DNA of 64,000 nt. It comes from Eledone cirrhosa (taxonomy: Eukaryota). A program made the translations under genes and the position numbers. Shown in pieces: positions 1 to 14,400 of this stretch. The notes beneath the pieces are model-generated. The model was not told the DNA's origin. It made no database searches and saw nothing but the letters and a program-made list of their open reading frames with translations. Every line of letters starts with the position of its first letter. Within the stretch, counting starts at the first letter, position 1. The DNA is taken from contig OZ024740.1 in NCBI GenBank assembly GCA_964016885.1, positions 204,104,001 through 204,168,000 on the forward strand, in the 5' to 3' direction.

Positions 1-2419
1 ACGTTACACTATGTCCCCTACCATTGAATACCACTGTCAGGGTTTGTTGTATCTCCAGCTATAGAGATATACACTGGACAGTAGAGAGATGTTATACTAT
101 GTCCCCTAAAATGGAATACTACTGTCAGGGTGTGTTGTATCTACAAGTATAGAGATATACACTGGACAGTAGAGAGACGTTACACTATGTCCCCTACCAT
201 TGAATACCACTGTCAGGGTGTGTTGTATCTACAGATATAGAGATATATACTGGACAGTAGAAAGACGTTACACTATGTCCCCTACCATTGAATACCAATG
301 TCAGGGTGTGTTGTATCTACAAGTATAGAAATATACACTGGACAGTAGAGAGATTTTACACTATGTCCCCTACCATACAATACCACTGTCATGGTGTGTT
401 GTATCTACAGGTATAGAGATATATACTGGATAGTAGAGAGACGTTACACTATGTCCACTACCATTGAATACCACTGTCAGGGTGTGTTGTATCTACAGGT
501 ATAGAGATATATACTGGACAGTAGAGAGACGTTACACTATGTCCCCTACCATTCAATACCACTGTCAGGGTGTTTGTATCTACAGGTATAGAGATATATA
601 CCGGATAGTAGAGAGACGTTACACTATGTCCACTACCATTGAATACCACTGTCAGGGTGTGTTGTATCTACAGATATAGAGATATATACTGGACAGTAGA
701 GAGACGTTACACTATGTCCCCTACCATTGAATACCACTGTCTGGGTGTGTTGTATCTACAGATATAGAGATATATACTGGACAGTAGAGAGACGTTACAT
801 TATGTCCCCTACCATTGAATACCACTGTCACGGTGTGTTGTATCTACAAGTATAGAGATATACACTGGACAGTAGAGAGACGTTACTCTATGTCCCCTAA
901 CATTGAATACCACTGTCAGGGTGTTTTGTATCTACAGGTATAGAGATATATACTGGACAGTAGAGGGGTTACACTATGTCCCCTACCATTGAATACCACT
1001 GTCAGGGTGTGTTGTATCTACAGATATAGAGATATATACTGGACAGTAGAGGGGTTACACTATGTCCCCTACCATTGAATACCACTGTCAGGGTGTGTTG
1101 TATCTACAGGTATAGAGATATACACTGGACAGTAGAGAGACGTTACATTATGTCCCCTACCATTGAATACCACTGTCAGGGTGTGTTGTATCTACAGATA
1201 TAGAGATATATACTGGACAGTAGAGGGGTTACACTATGTCCCCTACCATGGAATACCACTGTCAGGGTGTGTTGTATCTACAGATATAGAGATATATACT
1301 GGACAGTAGAGAGACGTTACACTATGTCCCCTACCATTGAATACCACTGTCAGGGTGTGTTGTATCTACAGATATAGAGATATATACTGGACAGTAGAGG
1401 GGTTACACTATGTCCCCTACCATTGAATACCACTGTCAGGGTGTGTTGTATCTACAGATATAGAGATATATACTGGACAGTAGAGAGACGTTACACTATG
1501 TACCCTAACATGGAATACCACTGTCAGGGTGTGTTGTATCTACAGATGTAGAGATATATACTGGATAAAAGAGAGACGTTACACTATGTCCCCTACCATT
1601 GAATACCACTGTCTGGGTGTGTTGTATCTACAGATGTAGAGATATATACTGGACAGTAGAGAGACGTTACACTATGTCCCCTACCATTGAATACCACTGT
1701 CAGGGTGTGTTGTATCTAAAGATGTAGAGATATATACTGGACAGTAGAGAGACGTTACACTATGTCCCCTACCATTGAATACCACTGTCAGGGTGTGTTG
1801 TATCTACAAGTATAGAGATATATACTGGACAGTAGAGAGACGTTACACTATGTCCCCTACCATGGAATACCACTGTCAGGGTGTGTTGTATCTACAGATA
1901 TAGAGATATATACTGGACAGTGGAGAGACGTTACACTATGTCCCTACCATTGAATACCACTGTCAGGGTGTGTTGTATCTACAGATGTAGAAATATATAC
2001 TGGTCAGTAGAGAGACGTTACACTATGTCCCCTACCATGGAATACCACTGTCAGGGAGTATTGTATCTACAGATATAGAGATATATACTGGACAGTAGAG
2101 AGACGTTACACTATGTCCCCTACCATTGAATACCACTGTCAGGGTGTGTTGTATCTACAGATATAGAGATATATACTGGACAGTAGAGGGGTTACACTAT
2201 GTCCCCTACCATTGAATACCACTGTCAGGGTGTGTTGTATCTACAGATATAGAGATATATACTGGACAGTAGAGAGACGTTACACTATGTCCCCTACCAT
2301 TGAACACCACTGTCAGGGTGTGTTGTATCTACAGATATAGAGATATATACTGGACAGTAGAGGGGTTACACTATGTCCCCTAACATGGAATACCACTGTC
2401 AGGGTGTGTTGTATCTACA

Positions 2420-5400
2420 GATATAGAGATATATACTGGATAAAAGAGAGACGTTACACTATGTCCCCTATCATTGAACACCACTGTCAGGGTGTGTTGT
2501 ATCTACAGATGTAGAGATATATACTGGACAGTAGAGAGACGTTACACTATGTCCCCTACCTTTGAATACTACTGTCAGTGTTTGTTGTATCTACAGCTAT
2601 AGAGATATACACTGGACAGTAGAGAGATGTTATACTATGTCCCCTAAAATGGAATACTACTGTCAGGGTGTGTTGTATCTACAAGTATAGAGATATACAC
2701 TGGACAGTAGAGAGACGTTACACTATGTCCCCTACCATTGAATACCACTGTCAGGGTGTGTTGTATCTACAGATATAGAGATATATACTGGACAGTAGAA
2801 AGACGTTACACTATGTCCCCTACCATTGAATACCAATGTCAGGGTGTGTTGTATCTACAAGTATAGAAATATACACTGGACAGTAGAGAGACGTTACTCT
2901 ATGTCCCCTACCATTGAATACCACTGTCAGGGTGTGTTGTATCTACAGGTATAGAGATATATACTGGACAGTAGAGAGACGTTACACTATGTCCCGTACC
3001 ATTCAATACCACTGTCAGGGTGTGTTGTATCTACAGGTATAGAGATATATACTGGATAGTAGAGAGACGTTACACTATGTCCACTACCATTGAATACCAC
3101 TGTCAGGGTGTGTTGTATCTACAGGTATAGAGATATATACTGGACAGTAGAGAGACGTTACACTATGTCCCCTACCATTCAATACCACTGTCAGGGTGTT
3201 TGTATCTACAGGTATAGAGATATATACCGGATAGTAGAGAGACGTTACACTATGTCCACTACCATTGAATACCACTGTCAGGGTGTGTTGTATCTACAGA
3301 TATAGAGATATATACTGGACAGTAGAGAGACGTTACACTATGTCCCCTACCATTGAATACCACTGTCTGGGTGTGTTGTATCTACAGATATAGAGATATA
3401 TACTGGACAGTAGAGAGACGTTACATTATGTCCCCTACCATTGAATACCACTGTCACGGTGTGTTGTATCTACAAGTATAGAGATATACACTGGACAGTA
3501 GAGAGACGTTACTCTATGTCCCCTAACATTGAATACCACTGTCAGGGTGTGTTGTATCTACAGATATAGAGATATATACTGGACAGTAGAGGGGTTACAC
3601 TATGTCCCCTACCATTGAATACCACTGTCATGGTGTGTTGTATCTACAGATATAGAGATATATACTGGACAGTAGAGGGGTTACACTATGTCCCCTACCA
3701 TTGAATACCACTGTCAGGGTGTGTTGTATCTACAAGTATAGAGATATACACTGGACAGTAGAGAGACGTTACTCTATGTCCCCTACCATTGAATACCACT
3801 GTCAGGGTGTGTTGTATCTACAGATATAGAGATATATACTGGACAGTAGAGGGGTTACACTATGTCCCCTACCATTGAATACCACTGTCAGGGTGTGTTG
3901 TATCTACAGATATAGAGATATATACTGGACAGTAGAGGGGTTACACTATGTCCCCTACCATTGAATACCACTGTCAGGGTGTGTTGTATCTACAGGTATA
4001 GAGATATACACTGGACAGTAGAGAGACGTTACATTATGTCCCCTACCATTGAATACCACTGTCAGGGTGTGTTGTATCTACAAGTATAGAGATATATACT
4101 GGACAGTAGAGGGGTTACACTATGTCCCCTACCATGGAATACCACTGTCAGGGTGTGTTGTATCTACAGATATAGAGATATATACTGGACAGTAGAGAGA
4201 CGTTACACTATGTCCCCTACCATTGAATACCACTGTCAGGGTGTGTTGTATCTACAGATATAGAGATATATACTGGACAGTAGAGGGGTTACACTATGTC
4301 CCCTACCATTGAATACCACTGTCAGGGTGTGTTGTATCTACAGATATAGAGATATATACTGGACAGTAGAGAGACGTTACACTATGTACCCTAACATGGA
4401 ATACCACTGTCAGGGTGTGTTGTATCTACAGATATAGAGATATATACTGGATAAAAGAGAGACGTTACACTATGTCCCCTATCATTGAACACCACTGTCA
4501 GGGTGTGTTGTATCTACAGATGTAGAGATATATACTGGATAGTAGAGAGACGTTACACTATGTCCCCTACCATTGAATACCACTGTCAGGGTGTGTTGTA
4601 TCTACAGATGTAGAGATATATACTGGATAGTAGAGAGACGTTACACTATGTCCCCTACCATTGAATACCAATGTCAGGGTGTGTTGTATCTACAAGTATA
4701 GAAATATACACTGGACAGTAGAGAGACGTTACACTATGTCCCCTACCATACAATACCACTGTCAGGGTGTGTTGTATCTACAGGTATAGAGATATATACT
4801 GGATAGTAGAGAGACGTTACACTATGTCCACTACCATTGAATACCACTGTCAGGGTGTGTCGTATCTACAGGTATAGAGATATATACTGGACAGTAGAGA
4901 GACGTTACACTATGTCCCCTACCATTCAATACCACTGTCAGGGTGTTTGTATCTACAGGTATAGAGATATATACCGGATAGTAGAGAGACGTTACACTAT
5001 GTCCACTACCATTGAATACCACTGTCAGGGTGTGTTGTATCTACAGATATAGAGATATATACTGGACAGTAGAGAGACGTTACACTATGTCCCCTACCAT
5101 TGAATACCACTGTCTGGGTGTGTTGTATCTACAGATATAGAGATATATACTGGACAGTAGAGAGACGTTACATTATGTCCCCTACCATTGAATACCACTG
5201 TCACGGTGTGTTGTATCTACAAGTATAGAGATATACACTGGACAGTAGAGAGACGTTACTCTATGTCCCCTAACATTGAATACCACTGTCAGGGTGTGTT
5301 GTATCTACAGATATAGAGATATATACTGGACAGTAGAGGGGTTACACTATGTCCCCTACCATTGAATACCTCTGTCATGGTGTGTTGTATCTACAGATAT

Positions 5401-8400
5401 AGAGATATATACTGGACAGTAGAGGGGTTACACTATGTCCCCTACCATTGAATACCACTGTCAGGGTGTGTTGTATCTACAAGTATAGAGATATACACTG
5501 GACAGTAGAGAGACGTTACTCTATGTCCCCTACCATTGAATACCACTGTCAGGGTGTGTTGTATCTACAGATATAGAGATATATACTGGACAGTAGAGGG
5601 GTTACACTATGTCCCCTACCATTGAATACCACTGTCAGGGTGTGTTGTATCTACAGATATAGAGATATATACTGGACAGTAGAGGGGTTACACTATGTCC
5701 CCTACCATTGAATACCACTGTCAGGGTGTGTTGTATCTACAGGTATAGAGATATACACTGGACAGTAGAGAGACGTTACATTATGTCCCCTACCATTGAA
5801 TACCACTGTCAGGGTGTGTTGTATCTACAAGTATAGAGATATATACTGGACAGTAGAGGGGTTACACTATGTCCCCTACCATGGAATACCACTGTCAGGG
5901 TGTGTTGTATCTACAGATATAGAGATATATACTGGACAGTAGAGAGACGTTACACTATGTCCCTTACCATTGAATACCACTGTCAGGGTGTGTTGTATCT
6001 ACAGATATAGAGATATATACTGGACAGTAGAGGGGTTACACTATGTCCCCTACCATTGAATACCACTGTCAGGGTGTGTTGTATCTACAGATATAGAGAT
6101 ATATACTGGACAGTAGAGAGACGTTACACTATGTACCCTAACATGGAATACCACTGTCAGGGTGTGTTGTATCTACAGATATAGAGATATATACTGGATA
6201 AAAGAGAGACGTTACACTATGTCCCCTATCATTGAACACCACTGTCAGGGTGTGTTGTATCTACAGATGTAGAGATATATACTGGATAGTAGAGAGACGT
6301 TACACTATGTCCCCTACCATTGAATACCACTGTCAGGGTGTGTTGTATCTACAGATGTAGAGATATATACTGGATAGTAGAGAGACGTTACACTATGTCC
6401 CCTACCATTGAATACCAATGTCAGGGTGTGTTGTATCTACAAGTATAGAAATATACACTGGACAGTAGAGAGACGTTACACTATGTCCCCTACCATACAA
6501 TACCACTGTCAGGGTGTGTTGTATCTACAGGTATAGAGATATATACTGGATAGTAGAGAGACGTTACACTATGTCCACTACCATTGAATACCACTGTCAG
6601 GGTGTGTTGTATCTACAGGTATAGAGATATATACTGGACAGTAGAGAGACGTTACACTATGTCCCCTACCATTCAATACCACTGTCAGGGTGTTTGTATC
6701 TACAGGTATAGAGATATATACCGGATAGTAGAGAGACGTTACACTATGTCCACTACCATTGAATACCACTGTCAGGGTGTGTTGTATCTACAGATATAGA
6801 GATATATACTGGACAGTAGAGAGACGTTACACTATGTCCCCTACCATTGAATACCACTGTCTGGGTGTGTTGTATCTACAGATATAGAGATATATACTGG
6901 ACAGTAGAGAGACGTTACATTATGTCCCCTACCATTGAATACCACTGTCACGGTGTGTTGTATCTACAAGTATAGAGATATACACTGGACAGTAGAGAGA
7001 CGTTACTCTATGTCCCCTAACATTGAATACCACTGTCAGGGTGTGTTGTATCTACAGATATAGAGATATATACTGGACAGTAGAGGGGTTACACTATGTC
7101 CCCTACCATTGAATACCACTGTCATGGTGTGTTGTATCTACAGATATAGAGATATATACTGGACAGTAGAGGGGTTACACTATGTCCCCTACCATTGAAT
7201 ACCACTGTCAGGGTGTGTTGTATCTACAAGTATAGAGATATACACTGGACAGTAGAGAGACGTTACTCTATGTCCCCTACCATTGAATACCACTGTCAGG
7301 GTGTGTTATATCTACAGATATAGAGATATATACTGGACAGTAGAGGGGTTACACTATGTCCCCTACCATTGAATACCAGTGTCAGGGTGTGTTGTATCTA
7401 CAGATATAGAGATATATACTGGACAGTAGAGGGGTTACACTATGTCCCCTACCATTGAATACCACTGTCAGGGTGTGTTGTATCTACAGGTATAGAGATA
7501 TACACTGGACAGTAGAGAGACGTTACATTATGTCCCCTACCATTGAATACCACTGTCAGGGTGTGTTGTATCTACAAGTATAGAGATATATACTGGACAG
7601 TAGAGGGGTTACACTATGTCCCCTACCATGGAATACCACTGTCAGGGTGTGTTGTATCTACAGATATAGAGATATATACTGGACAGTAGAGAGACGTTAC
7701 ACTATGTCCCCTACCATTGAATACCACTGTCAGGGTGTGTTGTATCTACAGATATAGAGATATATACTGGACAGTAGAGGGGTTACACTATGTCCCCTAC
7801 CATTGAATACCACTGTCAGGGTGTGTTGTATCTACAGATATAGAGATATATACTGGACAGTAGAGAGACGTTACACTATGTACCCTAACATGGAATACCA
7901 CTGTCAGGGTGTGTTGTATCTACAGATATAGAGATATATACTGGATAAAAGAGAGACGTTACACTATGTCCCCTATCATTGAACACCACTGTCAGGGTGT
8001 GTTGTATCTACAGATGTAGAGATATATACTGGATAGTAGAGAGACGTTACACTATGTCCCCTACCATTGAATACCACTGTCAGGGTGTGTTGTATCTACA
8101 GATGTAGAGATATATACTGGATAGTAGAGAGACGTTACACTATGTCCCCTACCATTGAATACCAATGTCAGGGTGTGTTGTATCTACAAGTATAGAAATA
8201 TACACTGGACAGTAGAGAGACGTTACACTATGTCCCCTACCATACAATACCACTGTCAGGGTGTGTTGTATCTACAGGTATAGAGATATATACTGGATAG
8301 TAGAGAGACGTTACACTATGTCCACTACCATTGAATACCACTGTCAGGGTGTGTTGTATCTACAGGTATAGAGATATATACTGGACAGTAGAGAGACGTT

Positions 8401-11400
8401 ACACTATGTCCCCTACCATTCAATACCACTGTCAGGGTGTGTTGTATCTAGAGATGTAGAGATATATACTGGACAGTAGAGAGACGTTACACTATGTCCA
8501 CTACCATTGAATACCACTGTCAGGGTGTGTTGTATCTACAGATATAGAGATATATACTGGACAGTAGAGAGACGTTACACTATGTCCCCTACCATTGAAT
8601 ACCACTGTCTGGGTGTGTTGTATCTACAGATATTGAGATATATACTGGACAGTAGAGAGACGTTACATTATGTCCCCTACCATTGAATACCACTGTCACG
8701 GTGTGTTGTATCTACAAGTATAGAGATATACACTGGACAGTAGAGAGACGTTACTCTATGTCCCCTAACATTGAATACCACTGTCAGGGTGTTTTGTATC
8801 TACAGATATAGAGATATATACTGGACAGTAGAGAGACGTTACACTATGTCCCCTACCATTCAATACCACTGTCAGGGTGTGTTGTATCTACAGATATAGA
8901 GATATATACTGGACAGTAGAGAGACGTTACATTATGTCCCCTACCATTGAATACCACTGTCAGGGTGTGTTGTATCTACAGATATAGAGATATATACTGG
9001 ACAGTAGAGGGGTTACACTATGTCCCCTACCATTGAATACCACTGTCAGGGTGTGTTGTATCTACAGGTATAGAGATATATACTGGACAGTAGAGGGGTT
9101 ACACTATGTCCCCTACCATTGAATACCACTGTCAGGGTGTGTTGTATCTACAGGTATAGAGATATACACTGGACAGTAGAGAGACGTTACATTATGTCCC
9201 CTACTATTGAATACCACTGTCAGGGTGTGTTGTATCTACAGATATAGAGATATATACTGGACAGTAGAGAGACGTTACACTATGTCCCTACCATTGAATA
9301 CCACTGTCAGGGTGTGTTGTATCTACAGATATAGAGATATATACTGGACAGTAGAGAGACGTTACACTATGTCCCCTACCATTGAATACCACTGTCTGGG
9401 TGTGTTGTATCTACAGATGTAGAGATATATACTGAACAGTAGAGAGACGTTACACTATGTCCCCTACCATTCAATACCATTGTCAGGGTGTGTTGTATCT
9501 ACAGGTATAGAGATATATACTGGATAGTAGAGAGACGTTACACTATGTCCCCTACCATTGAATACCACTGTCTGGGTGTGTTGTATCTACAAGTATAGAG
9601 ATATATACTGGATAGTAGCGAGACGTTCCACTATGTCCCCTACCATTGAATACCACTGTCAGGGTGTGTTGTATCTACAGATATAGAGATATATACTGGA
9701 CAGTAGAGAGACGTTACACTATGTAACCTAACATGGAATACCACTGTCAGGGTGTGTTGTATCTACAGATATAGAGATATATACTGGATAAAAGAGAGAC
9801 GTTACACTATGTCCCCTATCATTGAACACCACTGTCAGGGTGTGTTGTATCTACAGATGTAGAGATATATACTGGGCAGTAGAGAGACGTTACACTATGT
9901 CCCCTACCATTCAATACCACTGTATGGGTGTGTTGTATCTACAGCTATAGAGATATACACTGGACAGTAGAGAGACGTTACACTATGTCCCCTACCATTC
10001 AATACCACTGTATGGGTGTGTTGTATCTACAGCTATAGAGATATATACTGGACAGTAGAGAGACGTTACACTATGTCCCCTACCATTGAATACCACTGTC
10101 AGGGTATGTTGTATCTACAGCTATAGAGATATACACTGGACAGTAGAGAGATGTTATACTATGTCCCCTAAAATGGAATACTACTGTCAGGGTGTGTTGT
10201 ATCTACAGCTATAGAGATATATACTGGACAGTAGAGGGGTTACACTATGTCCCCTACCATTGAATACCACTGTCAGGGTGTGTTGTATCTACAGGTATAG
10301 AGATATACACTGGACAGTAGAGAGACGTTACATTATGTCCCCTACCATTGAATACCAATGTCAGGGTGTGTTGTATCTACAAGTATAGAAATATACACTG
10401 GACAGTAGAGAGACGTTACTCTATGTCCCCTACCATACAATACCACTGTCAGGGTGTGTTGTATCTACAGGTATAGAGATATATACTGGATAGTAGAGAG
10501 ACGTTACACTATGTCCACTACCATTGAATACCACTGTCAGGGTGTGTTGTATCTACAGGTATAGAGATATATACTGGACAGTAGAGAGACGTTACACTAT
10601 GTCCACTACCATTGAATACCACTGTCAGGGTGTGTTGTATCTACAGGTATAGAGATATATACTGGACAGTAGAGAGACGTTACACTATGTCCCCTACCAT
10701 TCAATACCACTGTCAGGGTGTTTGTATCTACAGGTATAGAGATATATACCGGACAGTAGAGAGACGTTACACTATGTCCACTACCATTGAATACCACTGT
10801 CAGGGTGTGTTGTATCTACAGATATAGAGATATATACTGGACAGTAGAGAGACGTTACACTATGTCCCCTACCATTGAATACCACTGTCTGGGTGTGTTG
10901 TATCTACAGATATAGAGATATATACTGGACAGTAGAGAGACGTTACATTATGTCCCCTACCATTGAATACCACTGTCACGGTGTGTTGTGTCTACAAGTA
11001 TAGAGATATACACTGGACAGTAGAGAGACGTTACTCTATGTCCCCTAACATTGAATACCACTGTCAGGGTGTTTTGTATCTACAGATATAGAGATATATA
11101 CTGGACAGTAGAGGGGTTACACTATGTCCCCTACCATTGAATACCACTGTCAGGGTGTGTTGTATCTACAGATATAGAGATATATACTGGACAGTAGAGG
11201 GGTTACACTATGTCCCCTACCATTGAATACCACTGTCAGGGTGTGTTGTATCTACAGATATAGAGATATATACTGGACAGTAGAGAGACGTTACACTATG
11301 TACCCTACCATTGAATACCACTGTCAGGGTGTGTTGTATCTACAGATATAGAGATATATACTGGACAGTAGAGAGACGTTACACTATGTCCCCTACCATT

Positions 11401-14400
11401 GAATACCAATGTCAGGGTGTGTTGTATCTACAAGTATAGAAATATACACTGGACAGTAGAGAGACGTTACACTATGTCCCCTACCATACAATACCACTGT
11501 CAGGGTGTGTTGTATCTACAGATATAGAGATATATACTGGATAAAAGAGAGACGTTACACTATGTCCCCTATCATTGAACACCACTGTCAGGGTGTGTTG
11601 TATCTACAGATGTAGAGATATATACTGGGCAGTAGAGAGACGTTACACTATGTCCCCTACCTTTGAATACTACTGTCAGTGTTTGTTGTATCTACAGCTA
11701 TAGAGATATACACTGGACAGTAGAGAGATGTTATACTATGTCCCCTAAAATGGAATACTACTGTCAGGGTGTGTTGTATCTACAAGTATAGAGATATACA
11801 CTGGACAGTAGAGAGACGTTACACTATGTCCCCTACCATTGAATACCACTGTCAGGGTGTGTTGTATCTACAGATATAGAGATATATACTGGACAGTAGA
11901 AAGACGTTACACTATGTCCCCTACCATTGAATACCAATGTCAGGGTGTGTTGTATCTACAAGTATAGAAATATACACTGGACAGTAGAGAGACGTTACTC
12001 TATGTCCCCTACCATTGAATACCACTGTCAGGGTGTGTTGTATCTACAGGTATAGAGATATATACTGGACAGTAGAGAGACGTTACACTATGTCCCGTAC
12101 CATTCAATACCACTGTCAGGGTGTGTTGTATCTACAGGTATAGAGATATATACTGGATAGTAGAGAGACGTTACACTATGTCCACTACCATTGAATACCA
12201 CTGTCAGGGTGTGTTGTATCTACAGGTATAGAGATATATACTGGACAGTAGAGAGACGTTACACTATGTCCCCTACCATTCAATACCACTGTCAGGGTGT
12301 TTGTATCTACAGGTATAGAGATATATACCGGATAGTAGAGAGACGTTACACTATGTCCACTACCATTGAATACCACTGTCAGGGTGTGTTGTATCTACAG
12401 ATATAGAGATATATACTGGACAGTAGAGAGACGTTACACTATGTCCCCTACCATTGAATACCACTGTCTGGGTGTGTTGTATCTACAGATATAGAGATAT
12501 ATACTGGACAGTAGAGAGACGTTACATTATGTCCCCTACCATTGAATACCACTGTCACGGTGTGTTGTATCTACAAGTATAGAGATATACACTGGACAGT
12601 AGAGAGACGTTACTCTATGTCCCCTAACATTGACTACCACTGTCAGGGTGTGTTGTATCTACAGATATAGAGATATATACTGGACAGTAGAGGGGTTACA
12701 CTATGTCCCCTACCATTGAATACCACTGTCATGGTGTGTTGTATCTACAGATATAGAGATATATACTGGACAGTAGAGGGGTTACACTATGTCCCCTACC
12801 ATTGAATACCACTGTCAGGGTGTGTTGTATCTACAAGTATAGAGATATACACTGGACAGTAGAGAGACGTTACTCTATGTCCCCTACCATTGAATACCAC
12901 TGTCAGGGTGTGTTGTATCTACAGATATAGAGATATATACTGGACAGTAGAGGGGTTACACTATGTCCCCTACCATTGAATACCACTGTCAGGGTGTGTT
13001 GTATCTACAGATATAGAGATATATACTGGACAGTAGAGGGGTTACACTATGTCCCCTACCATTGAATACCACTGTCAGGGTGTGTTGTATCTACAGGTAT
13101 AGAGATATACACTGGACAGTAGAGAGACGTTACATTATGTCCCCTACCATTGAATACCACTGTCAGGGTGTGTTGTATCTACAAGTATAGAGATATATAC
13201 TGGACAGTAGAGGGGTTACACTATGTCCCCTACCATGGAATACCACTGTCAGGGTGTGTTGTATCTACAGATATAGAGATATATACTGGACAGTAGAGAG
13301 ACGTTACACTATGTCCCCTACCATTGAATACCACTGTCAGGGTGTGTTGTATCTACAGATATAGAGATATATACTGGACAGTAGAGGGGTTACACTATGT
13401 CCCCTACCATTGAATACCACTGTCAGGGTGTGTTGTATCTACAGATATAGAGATATATACTGGACAGTAGAGAGACGTTACACTATGTACCCTAACATGG
13501 AATACCACTGTCAGGGTGTGTTGTATCTACAGATATAGAGATATATACTGGATAAAAGAGAGACGTTACACTATGTCCCCTATCATTGAACACCACTGTC
13601 AGGGTGTGTTGTATCTACAGATGTAGAGATATATACTGGATAGTAGAGAGACGTTACACTATGTCCCCTACCATTGAATACCACTGTCAGGGTGTGTTGT
13701 ATCTACAGATGTAGAGATATATACTGGATAGTAGAGAGACGTTACACTATGTCCCCTACCATTGAATACCAATGTCAGGGTGTGTTGTATCTACAAGTAT
13801 AGAAATATACACTGGACAGTAGAGAGACGTTACACTATGTCCCCTACCATACAATACCACTGTCAGGGTGTGTTGTATCTACAGGTATAGAGATATATAC
13901 TGGATAGTAGAGAGACGTTACACTATGTCCACTACCATTGAATACCACTGTCAGGGTGTGTTGTATCTACAGGTATAGAGATATATACTGGACAGTAGAG
14001 AGACGTTACACTATGTCCCCTACCATTCAATACCACTGTCAGGGTGTGTTGTATCTAGAGATGTAGAGATATATACTGGACAGTAGAGAGACGTTACACT
14101 ATGTCCACTACCATTGAATACCACTGTCAGGGTGTGTTGTATCTACAGATATAGAGATATATACTGGACAGTAGAGAGACGTTACACTATGTCCCCTACC
14201 ATTGAATACCACTGTCTGGGTGTGTTGTATCTACAGATATTGAGATATATACTGGACAGTAGAGAGACGTTACATTATGTCCCCTACCATTGAATACCAC
14301 TGTCACGGTGTGTTGTATCTACAAGTATAGAGATATACACTGGACAGTAGAGAGACGTTACTCTATGTCCCCTAACATTGAATACCACTGTCAGGGTGTT

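Noticed and set aside
7-50. RSS/Transib-like heptamers (CACTATG, CACTGTC) and a nonamer-like GGTGTGTTGT
   Set aside because: Spacing and orientation do not fit the 12/23 rule. There is no inverted terminal pair, target-site duplication or transposase. Short matches like these are expected by chance.
1-176. Satellite-encoded hammerhead or other self-cleaving ribozyme, as in newt satellite 2 or schistosome Sm-alpha
   Set aside because: The CUGANGA and GAAA core is absent from the consensus on both strands; the closest is CTGACAG on the minus strand. An Infernal cmscan of a dimer against Rfam would be the formal test.
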